NCBI GenBank assembly: GCA_036501565.1 | Contig: DASYAA010000053.1 | Coordinates: 1-54,225, forward strand | DNA from: Verrucomicrobiia bacterium | GTDB lineage: Bacteria; Verrucomicrobiota; Verrucomicrobiia; Limisphaerales; UBA11358 | Direction: 5' to 3' | DNA length: 54,225 bases | In this document: positions 19,464-26,957 of the stretch, in pieces | Position numbering within the stretch: the stretch's first letter is position 1 | Layout: each line of letters begins with the position of its first letter | Translations under genes and position numbers: made by a program | The notes under the pieces: generated by a model | Told to the model about the DNA's origin: nothing | What the model saw: only the letters and a program-made list of their open reading frames with translations | Databases searched by the model: none

Positions 19464-19961
19464 ATGAAAAATAATTTTGTTGAACTGCCAATCTCTACAA
19501 GCGACGGAATTTTCCTCGCGCACTATTCCGAAAAAGGTCTGGCCGAAATTGATTGGCCGACGGTGGGGCGAGCGTCCCTGCGAGCCGCGAAACAAAATGG
19601 TGTTCCCGCCAAAATTAAAAGCTGGCATCGCACGACTGAATCCGCGCTGAAAAAAGTTCTTGCCGGGAAAAAATCAAAGCTGCCGCCGCTCGACTGGACG
19701 GGCAAAACGGATTTTCAAAAATCCGTGTGGCGGCAGATGTTGAAAATTTCCGCCGGCAAAACGAAAAGCTACGGCGAAATCGCGTCGGCGATTGGCAATC
19801 CAAAAGCTGTCCGCGCCGTGGGCGGTGCGTGCGGGGCGAATCCGGTTCCGGTTTTGGTTCCGTGCCATCGAGTGCTGGCCGCGAACAAAAAACTCGGCGG
19901 CTTCTCCGGCGGATTGGATTGGAAACGCAGTTTGCTCGCGCGTGAAGGAATTAAATTCTAG
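19464..19961 (+). CDS. ogt: Methylated-DNA--protein-cysteine methyltransferase
   Basis: Active site 'VPCHRVL' and 'SYGEIASAIGNPKAVRAVG'. ATG at 19464 (the track TTG is at 19455). Confidence 0.9.
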   Translation: MKNNFVELPISTSDGIFLAHYSEKGLAEIDWPTVGRASLRAAKQNGVPAKIKSWHRTTESALKKVLAGKKSKLPPLDWTGKTDFQKSVWRQMLKISAGKTKSYGEIASAIGNPKAVRAVGGACGANPVPVLVPCHRVLAANKKLGGFSGGLDWKRSLLAREGIKF

Positions 19962-19975
19962 GACAATGGGAACTT

Positions 19976-20467
19976 ATGAGAATTTCAACGTATATTTTAT
20001 TTCTTTCTTTGCTGGTCATCTGTTCATGCTCGACACATCAGGCTTATTTGAAGGCCAGCAAAAATTACATTGATACTTATCACGACAATCCTCCTAGATA
20101 TTTTTGGAAAGGCAACGCGGCCATTAATGGACAAACAGTTTTACTTGGCATCCGTAGTGGTGATGAGCAGAGCCGGACGAACGTTCAAAGATTGATTGGT
20201 TCAACTGTTGTTTTTGTCGGTGACAGTGATGAGTCAAGAAAGGGCGTTTTTTCCGATCTTCAAACTCATCGAGTGGATGATTTACAGCCTCATGATAAAG
20301 ACATTAAAATTGAAGTTGATATTATTCCATTTCGAGATGTTCATCCTGGAATGTGTGGAAGTTGGGTTGCTGAAGTGCGAGGCACGCTTGAAAGCGTTGA
20401 TTTTGAAAAACGAATTATCCGAATCACAGCGAAGCCAGAAGATTGGAAAGTTCGCGCAACTTATTGA
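19976..20467 (+). CDS. Hypothetical secreted protein or lipoprotein (orphan, CpG-poor)
   Basis: 163 aa. Signal-like 'MRISTYILFLSLLVICSCS'. AT-rich and CpG-poor relative to its neighbours. No family recognised. Confidence 0.5.
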   Translation: MRISTYILFLSLLVICSCSTHQAYLKASKNYIDTYHDNPPRYFWKGNAAINGQTVLLGIRSGDEQSRTNVQRLIGSTVVFVGDSDESRKGVFSDLQTHRVDDLQPHDKDIKIEVDIIPFRDVHPGMCGSWVAEVRGTLESVDFEKRIIRITAKPEDWKVRATY

Positions 20468-20473
20468 AGAAAT

Positions 20474-21433
20474 TTATTCCGCCGTCAGCCGGATGATTTC
20501 GCGCAGCGGCGTCTGCGGTTTGAAGTTCACGAAGCGTTCCAGTTTTTCCACGAGCGGTTTGCGGCGGCGCATGTCGTCAAAGCCCGGCGCATACGCCCGG
20601 TCGTAGGGAATCAGTCCGATCCGGGATTTCGAGCCGAGCGTCTGCACCACGAGCCGCGCGAGTTCGAGCATGGAAACTTCCTCCGTGCCGCCGATGTTGA
20701 AAATCTCGCCGCGCGCCTTCCGGCAATCCTGCAAACGCACGAGCGCTTCCACCACGTCGTTCACGAGGCAAAAGCAGCGCGTCTGCCTGCCATCGCCAAA
20801 AACTTTTAGCGGCTCATTTTTCTTCGCCGACGCGATGAAGCGCGGCAAAACCATTCCGTAACGTCCGGTCTGGCGCGGGCCGACGGTGTTAAAAAGTCGC
20901 GCGATGGTGACGGGCAGTTTTTTTTCGCGCGCGTAGGCGAGCGCGAGAAATTCGTCCGTAAGCTTCGAGCAGGCATAGCTCCAGCGCGATTGTCCGGGCG
21001 GCCCGATGAGCAAATCGTCGTCCTCGCCGAACTCCGGCTTCGCGCTCTTGCCGTAAACTTCCGAAGTGGAAGTCAGCAGCAGCGGCGTGGAATTTTTCGC
21101 GGCGGCTTTCAATAAAATTTCCGTTTCGTGAAAACTCGTTTCCAAAACGTGCAGCGCGGATTTGACGACGAGATCAACGCCAACGGTCGCGGCGAGATGA
21201 AAAATAAATTCCGCGTTCGCCGCGAGCTTTGGCAATTCTTTGCATTCGGAAATTTTTGCGCGGATAATTTTCAGTCGCGGATTTTTTTTGACCGCGCGCA
21301 GGTTTTCCAGGCTGCCCGTCGAGAAATCGTCAATAACGACAATGGTTTTTCCATCGTTCAGCAATCGTTCGACCAAATGCGAGCCGATGAATCCCGCACC
21401 GCCAGTTACCAAAATGTGTTTTGATTTTTTCAT
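20474..21433 (-). CDS. NAD-dependent epimerase/dehydratase (extended SDR)
   Basis: 'VTGGAGFIGSHL' Rossmann motif, catalytic 'YACSK', and 'STSEVYG'. Confidence 0.85.
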   Translation of the reverse strand: MKKSKHILVTGGAGFIGSHLVERLLNDGKTIVVIDDFSTGSLENLRAVKKNPRLKIIRAKISECKELPKLAANAEFIFHLAATVGVDLVVKSALHVLETSFHETEILLKAAAKNSTPLLLTSTSEVYGKSAKPEFGEDDDLLIGPPGQSRWSYACSKLTDEFLALAYAREKKLPVTIARLFNTVGPRQTGRYGMVLPRFIASAKKNEPLKVFGDGRQTRCFCLVNDVVEALVRLQDCRKARGEIFNIGGTEEVSMLELARLVVQTLGSKSRIGLIPYDRAYAPGFDDMRRRKPLVEKLERFVNFKPQTPLREIIRLTAE

Positions 21434-22545
21434 TTCAACGCATTTGCAAATGCTTCGGCAAGTTTCTGGCGATAGTCCGCGCTTTCAATCAGCTTTGCTT
21501 CCGCCGGATTCGACAAATAACCTGCTTCAATCAAAATCGCCGGGCGCTTTTGTCCGCGCAAGACGCCGATGAAACGCGCGCGACGGACGCCGCGATCTTC
21601 CATTCCAATCGCGCGCAGCAGCGCGGTGTGCATTTTCACCGCAAATTGCAGATTTTGCGCGTCGAAAGAATTGTTCGGCAGATTTTCTGACCAGTCGTCG
21701 GTGAAACCGCGCGTCAATGTCGAAGGCATTCCGGTCGGCGTGATGCAATAAGTTTCGAGTCCGTTCTGTTTCGCGTCGGGCGCACCTGAATTGAAATGCA
21801 AACTGACGAACAAATCCGCGTGATGAGATTCCGCGAACGCGACACGGTTGGAAAGTGAAACGTCCGTGTCGTTCGTGCGCGTGAGAAAAACCGTCCAGCC
21901 GTTCGTTTCGAGCAGCGGCTTGAGTCGCTTGGCCCAGTCGAGTGTGAATTCTTTTTCAAAGCGTCCGTCGAGAACGCTGTGTGTTCCCGTATTTGACCCG
22001 CCGTGGCCTGGATCAATCACGATGATTCGGTTTGTGCCGAATGTCAGCGGCGGTTCGCACAAAAGCGGCTCAAGATTTTTTTGCAAATCGAGTCCGTGCA
22101 AAAAAACTTCGCCGTCAATGAACTGCGGCTCGAAGCCGAGGTTGATTTCAATTCCGTTCCATGTCGCGCCGAGCGTGCCGATGCCCAAGACCATCACGCC
22201 GTTGCCCGAACCGATGGCGTAAGTCGTCACCGGCGAGTCGGAAATCCGGTGCGGTTTGCCGATTTTGTGCGCCGCCGCCCAATTGCCGAGCGAAGTCCAG
22301 GTCACAATTGGCGCGACCGGCGGCAAATTGGTTTTTGCAACCGGCAGAAATTTTTTGGACGCGGGTGCGGGCGCTTTTTGAACGGCAGGCTTTTCGGGGG
22401 CGGTGGGTGTCCCCCAATTCAATGACGAAAATTCGCCGCCCGATTCCGATGGCGAAATGCTTTCGGTCGGCATTGACGGCGGCGTGGCGCAACCCGCGAG
22501 AAAAATCAACGCGCCGCAAAAAATGGTGCCGATAATCTTGAACAC
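21430..22545 (-). CDS. N-acetylmuramoyl-L-alanine amidase (Amidase_3), lipoprotein
   Basis: Lipobox 'FLAGC' and catalytic domain 'VIDPGHGGSNTG...SLHFN...EAGYLSN'. GTG start. Confidence 0.85.
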   Translation of the reverse strand: MFKIIGTIFCGALIFLAGCATPPSMPTESISPSESGGEFSSLNWGTPTAPEKPAVQKAPAPASKKFLPVAKTNLPPVAPIVTWTSLGNWAAAHKIGKPHRISDSPVTTYAIGSGNGVMVLGIGTLGATWNGIEINLGFEPQFIDGEVFLHGLDLQKNLEPLLCEPPLTFGTNRIIVIDPGHGGSNTGTHSVLDGRFEKEFTLDWAKRLKPLLETNGWTVFLTRTNDTDVSLSNRVAFAESHHADLFVSLHFNSGAPDAKQNGLETYCITPTGMPSTLTRGFTDDWSENLPNNSFDAQNLQFAVKMHTALLRAIGMEDRGVRRARFIGVLRGQKRPAILIEAGYLSNPAEAKLIESADYRQKLAEAFANALK

Positions 22546-22597
22546 GCGGCCATTTTGCTGAATAGAAAAACGGACTCAAGATGTTTTAGACTTTTTT

Positions 22598-22673
22598 AAT
22601 CCTCCTCGCCCTCGTCGTCATCCTCATTTGCAATTTTTCCCGAAGCGAGGACGGGGATGACGATGAGAATGAT
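22598..22673. repeat. Pyrimidine-word / purine-word imperfect inverted repeat in a divergent intergenic region
   Basis: A TCCTC/TCGTC word block (22598-22628) faces a GAGGA/GATGA block (22646-22673). The core TCGTCATCC/GGATGACGA is a perfect 9 bp and extends to about 13 bp with wobbles. Confidence 0.5.
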
Positions 22674-22721
22674 TTGTCGGACGGCTTGTTTGCCACGCAA
22701 AGTTCGGCCATAATTTCACCA

Positions 22722-23279
22722 GTGAAAATTCTCGTGGCCATCACCGGGGCGACCGGCGCGCTTTACGCGCAGCGGCTGCTCGATAATTTGAATCCGCGCG
22801 AACATGAAATCCACGTCGTGTTGAGCAATTACGCGCAGCAGGTCATCGCCGTGGAATTGCCGGACGGCTTGAAAATTCCAGCGGGCGCGCAAATGCACAA
22901 TGTCAAAAGCATGAACGCGCCGTTCGCCAGCGGCTCGAATCCGCCGGACGCGATGGTCGTGATTCCCTGCACGATGGGCACGATGGGACGAATCGCGCAC
23001 GGCTACAGCGAAGATGTTTTGCTGCGCGCGGCGGACGTGACGTTGAAGGAAAAAAGGAAATTGATTCTTGTCCCGCGCGAAACACCATTGAGCTTGATTC
23101 ACGTCAAAAACATGGAACTGCTGCTGCTCGCGGGCGCAATCATTTTGCCCGCGAATCCAAGTTTTTATGCCGGCGCAAAAACAATTATTGAACTCGCGGA
23201 CACTGTCGTGGCGCGCGTGCTCGACCATTTGGGAATTGAAAACAAACTCGCGCCGCGTTGGAGCGAGGAAAAAGAATAG
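22722..23279 (+). CDS. ubiX: Flavin prenyltransferase UbiX family (MqnL-like in this context)
   Basis: 'KILVAITGATGALYAQRLL' and 'PCTMGTMGRIAHG'. GTG at 22722 gives a canonical N-terminus (track TTG 22674). Confidence 0.85.
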   Translation: MKILVAITGATGALYAQRLLDNLNPREHEIHVVLSNYAQQVIAVELPDGLKIPAGAQMHNVKSMNAPFASGSNPPDAMVVIPCTMGTMGRIAHGYSEDVLLRAADVTLKEKRKLILVPRETPLSLIHVKNMELLLLAGAIILPANPSFYAGAKTIIELADTVVARVLDHLGIENKLAPRWSEEKE

Positions 23280-23283
23280 TTTG

Positions 23284-23348
23284 AACCGCAGAGGCGCAAA
23301 GACGCAGAGGAAAAAATTAAAAACCCTGCGCCTCGGCGTTTCTGCGGT
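23284..23348. repeat. Inverted tandem-word hairpin (CGCAGAG words) between ubiX and ubiA-like genes
   Basis: CCGCAGAGGCGCAAAGACGCAGAGG - 13-nt A-rich loop - CCCTGCGCCTCGGCGTTTCTGCGG. About 18/24 positions are complementary. Confidence 0.65.
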
Positions 23349-23362
23349 AAATAAAAATCAAA

Positions 23363-24259
23363 ATGTTTTCCGTCATTCAAAAATGGGGTTCATTCGTTCG
23401 CTTCTCGCACACGGTTTTCGCGCTGCCATTCGCGCTGGCGGCGATGATGGTCGCCGCGCGCGACAATCGCGGCTGGCCTGGCTGGAAAACTTTCGGATTG
23501 ATTTTGGCGGCGATGGTTTGCGCGCGGACTTGCGCGATGGCGTTCAATCGAATCGTTGATCGGAAATTCGACGCGCTGAATCCGCGCACGGCCAATCGCC
23601 ATTTGCCCAGCGGAGAAATTTCTTTGGTGAATGCGATTTTGCTTTGTGCGATTTCAGCAATGGGTTTGATTGTCGCCAGTTATTTTCTCAATCCGCTTTG
23701 CTTTTACCTTTCGCCGATTGCGCTGGTTGTGATTTGTTTTTATTCGCTGACGAAGCGGTTCACGAATTACACGCACGTTTTTCTTGGCGTCGCGCTCGCG
23801 CTCGCGCCCGTCGGCGCGTGGCTGGCGGTCAAAGGCGCGAACGTTTCCACTTTGGAAATTTTGCAAATGACAATTCTCGCTCTCGCCGTCGTTTTATGGC
23901 TCGTCGGCTTCGACATTATTTACGCGCTGCAAGATTACGAGTTCGACAAATCGCACGGACTGCGCTCGCTCGTTGTGGCGTGGGGACAAAAAAACGCCCT
24001 CACCGCCGCGTTTCTCGCGCACATGATAATGTGCGGATTGCTGCTCGCGTTTGGATTGCTTTGCCGATTTCGCATCGCGTATCTTATTGGCTGGCTCATC
24101 ATCGTCGGTTGTCTCTTGCTGGAACACTGGATTGCGCGCCGCCGCAGTTTGAACTGGATCAATCTTGCGTTCTTTAGACTCAATGCGCTCGTCAGCGCGG
24201 TTTTTCTGGTTGTGGTCGCGGCGGAAGTTGTTTTTCAAGGCGGATTCAAATTGCGTTAA
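23363..24259 (+). CDS. UbiA-family aromatic prenyltransferase (likely menaquinone-pathway MqnP-type)
   Basis: 298 aa and polytopic. Asp-rich motifs 'NRIVDRKFDALNPRT' and 'YALQDYEFDKSHG'. Adjacent to ubiX and mqn genes. Confidence 0.85.
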   Translation: MFSVIQKWGSFVRFSHTVFALPFALAAMMVAARDNRGWPGWKTFGLILAAMVCARTCAMAFNRIVDRKFDALNPRTANRHLPSGEISLVNAILLCAISAMGLIVASYFLNPLCFYLSPIALVVICFYSLTKRFTNYTHVFLGVALALAPVGAWLAVKGANVSTLEILQMTILALAVVLWLVGFDIIYALQDYEFDKSHGLRSLVVAWGQKNALTAAFLAHMIMCGLLLAFGLLCRFRIAYLIGWLIIVGCLLLEHWIARRRSLNWINLAFFRLNALVSAVFLVVVAAEVVFQGGFKLR

Positions 24260-24292
24260 ACTTTCTTTTCCAATCTCTTATTTGCAGTTAAT

Positions 24293-25474
24293 TTGTTTTT
24301 CGTGAATTTTTTCATTCAACGCAGCGGGTTGCGCGACATTTACGACAAGGTCGTCGCGGGCGAACGCATTTCTGAAAACGATGCGTTGCGATTGTTTGAA
24401 TCGAAAGACTTAAACGCCGTCGGCGCGATTGCCGATTTTGCGCGGCAGAAAAAAACCGGCAACAACCGCGCCAGCTACATCATCAACCGCTACGTCAACT
24501 ACTCGAACTACTGCATCCTGTCGTGCCAGTTCTGCTCGTTCGCGCGCAAGAAACGCGACGCCGACGGTTTTCAATTTTCCGTTGAGGAAATTGTTGAGAA
24601 GGCGCGCAAGGCGTTGAAAATCGGCATCACGGAATTGCACATCGTCGGCGGATTGCACCCGTCGCTGCCGTTCAGCTATTACACGGATATGCTGAAGGCG
24701 TTGAAAAAATTGGGCACACGCCTACAACTGAAATGTTTCACCGCCATTGAAATTCTTCATCTCGCCTGGCTCGCGAAAAAATCTGTTGAAGAAACCTTGC
24801 GCGAACTCAAAGCCGCCGGACTTGATTCGCTCACCGGCGGCGGCGCGGAAATTTTCCGCAAGGAAGTCCGTTCGCAGATCGCCAAAGGAAAAGAATCCGC
24901 CGAGGAATATCTGGATGTTCATCGCACATGGCATCGGCTCGGCGGACGGAGCACCTGCACGATGCTTTACGGCCACGTCGAGAGCCTCGCCGACCGTGTG
25001 GATCATTTGCGGCAATTGCGCGTGTTGCAGGATGAGACGAACGGTTTTGTCGCGCTTATTCCACTCGCGTATCAGCCGCAAGACAACGACATACCCGTCG
25101 AACATCCACCGACGGGATTTGATTCGCTGCGCACCATCGCCGTCAGCCGCATTTATCTCGATAATTTTCCGCACATCACCGCGTATTGGGTCGGCCTCGG
25201 CCTGAAGCTCGCACAAGTCGCGTTGAGCTACGGCGCGGATGACATCCACGGCACGATCATCGAGGAACACATCTTCCACATGGCCGGCGCGACCTCGCCA
25301 CAATTGCAGACCGAAACGGATATGGTCAAAGCCATCCGCGAAGCCGGCCGCACGCCGGTGCAACGGAATACTTTTTACGAGCCGATTAAAATTTTGGAAG
25401 ACGCGCCTGCTGCCGAAGCAACTGAAAATCCTGCTCGCTCAAAAATGCTCGAAAAAAATCTGGCAACGGCATGA
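24293..25474 (+). CDS. mqnE: Radical SAM menaquinone (futalosine pathway) enzyme, MqnE/MqnC family; MqnE favoured by adjacency to mqnA
   Basis: 'CILSCQFCSF' CX3CX2C cluster. C-terminal 'GADDIHGTIIEEHIFHMAG' is typical of the family. Start is uncertain (TTG 24293 or GTG 24302). Confidence 0.7.
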   Translation: MFFVNFFIQRSGLRDIYDKVVAGERISENDALRLFESKDLNAVGAIADFARQKKTGNNRASYIINRYVNYSNYCILSCQFCSFARKKRDADGFQFSVEEIVEKARKALKIGITELHIVGGLHPSLPFSYYTDMLKALKKLGTRLQLKCFTAIEILHLAWLAKKSVEETLRELKAAGLDSLTGGGAEIFRKEVRSQIAKGKESAEEYLDVHRTWHRLGGRSTCTMLYGHVESLADRVDHLRQLRVLQDETNGFVALIPLAYQPQDNDIPVEHPPTGFDSLRTIAVSRIYLDNFPHITAYWVGLGLKLAQVALSYGADDIHGTIIEEHIFHMAGATSPQLQTETDMVKAIREAGRTPVQRNTFYEPIKILEDAPAAEATENPARSKMLEKNLATA

Positions 25475-26241
25475 GCGAAGGCGCACAAAAATTCCGCATC
25501 GGCTCGGTCAATTATCTGAACGCCGCGCCGCTCACGCGCGGCATCGAGAGCGAGCTCATTCTCGCCACGCCCGCCAAGCTCGCTGAAATGCTCCGGCGCG
25601 ATGAACTCGACGCCGCGCTCGTCAGCATCACCGAGGTTTTGCTCAACGACCGCTACGACATTTTAGATGGCATCGCCATCGCGTCGCTTGGCGAAGTCTA
25701 CAGCGTCATTCTCGCGCACAAAAAACCGCTGGAAGAAGCAACGGAAATTTTCTGTGACACCGCGTCGCTCACGAGCGTGAACCTGTTGAAAGTGTTGCTC
25801 GCCGAGAAAAATCTGTTTCCGCAATTCAAGCCGCTGGAAAACTACGAGTCGGCGCAGGAAAAAGATTTCGTCCTGCTCATCGGCGACCGGGCGATTGATT
25901 TTCAGCGTGCGCCGCATGAACATGAAATTTTTGACCTCGGCTTCGCGTGGCATGAACTCACAAATCTGCCGTTTGTATATGCCGTTTGGGCGTTGCGTCG
26001 CGGAATCGAGAACAAGGAATTGCGCCGCGAATTGCGCGAAGCAAAAAATTTCGGCATGGAAACTTTGGATTATCTCATCGAGACGCGTGAAGAATTTGAC
26101 GAGGATTTTCGGCGCGATTATTTCGAATGGCACATCCAGTATCACCTCGGCGAAGATGAGAAGCGCTCCATCGCAAAATTTTCCGAACTGCTGCGGAAGC
26201 ACAATCTCGGCCCGGTTTTTGAGCCGAAGTTCGTGAAATAA
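25471..26241 (+). CDS. mqnA: Chorismate dehydratase (futalosine pathway)
   Basis: 'FRIGSVNYLNAAPL' N-terminus and periplasmic-binding-like fold pattern. ATGA overlap with the preceding gene. Confidence 0.85.
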   Translation: MSEGAQKFRIGSVNYLNAAPLTRGIESELILATPAKLAEMLRRDELDAALVSITEVLLNDRYDILDGIAIASLGEVYSVILAHKKPLEEATEIFCDTASLTSVNLLKVLLAEKNLFPQFKPLENYESAQEKDFVLLIGDRAIDFQRAPHEHEIFDLGFAWHELTNLPFVYAVWALRRGIENKELRRELREAKNFGMETLDYLIETREEFDEDFRRDYFEWHIQYHLGEDEKRSIAKFSELLRKHNLGPVFEPKFVK

Positions 26242-26253
26242 AATCGAGAAAAT

Positions 26254-26856
26254 TTATTCGGTCCAATCGCCGGTGCGCAGATATGGTTTCAACTTTTCCT
26301 TGAGCGTTTCGCGTCCGCGATGGATGAGTGATTTCGTGGCGGAAAGCGAGCAGTTCAAAACTTCGGCAATTTCTTCGTAGCTCAATTCTTCCTGACGGCA
26401 GAGCAAAATTGCGGTGCGCTGGTTTTCGGGCAATTCGGCGAGCGCTTCCTCGATTTTTTCGGCGAGTTCGCCGTGCAAGACATTTTCCGTCGGCAGAAAA
26501 ACTTTTTTGTCCTCGTATTGGCGCTGCGGCTGGTCCTCATTTTCGGCGTGCGTTTCTTCGAGCGATTCTGCGGGATGCCTCGATCGGCGGCGGATTTCAT
26601 TCAGGCAGAGATTTCGCGCGATGGTGAAAAGCCAGGTGGAAAATTTCGCGGTTTGTTTGTAACGGGCGCGGGATTTGAAAATTTGCAGGAAAACGTTTTG
26701 CGCCAAATCTTCGGCTTCTGTTTCGTCGCGCAGCGAACGATAGACAAAATTCATCACAGGTTGCCTGTATTTCTCGACCAATTGCGCAAACGCCGCGCGG
26801 TCGCCGCGCTTGACGCGCAGCATCAGGACGGCATCGGGGTCGGATTGGACTGGCAT
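26254..26856 (-). CDS. ECF (sigma-70 family group 4) sigma factor
   Basis: Region 2 'DLAQNVFLQIF...STWLFTIARNLCLNEIRR' and region 4 'LSYEEIAEVLNCSLSATKSLIHRGR'. Confidence 0.9.
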   Translation of the reverse strand: MPVQSDPDAVLMLRVKRGDRAAFAQLVEKYRQPVMNFVYRSLRDETEAEDLAQNVFLQIFKSRARYKQTAKFSTWLFTIARNLCLNEIRRRSRHPAESLEETHAENEDQPQRQYEDKKVFLPTENVLHGELAEKIEEALAELPENQRTAILLCRQEELSYEEIAEVLNCSLSATKSLIHRGRETLKEKLKPYLRTGDWTE

Positions 26857-26957
26857 GGCGCGCAGAGTGTAACCAGACGCCGCGCGCGCGAAAAGGTTTC
26901 CCGCGCGGTGAGCGCGCTTGCTTTCAAAATGTTTTGCTCACAACTTATGCGCGCCGG

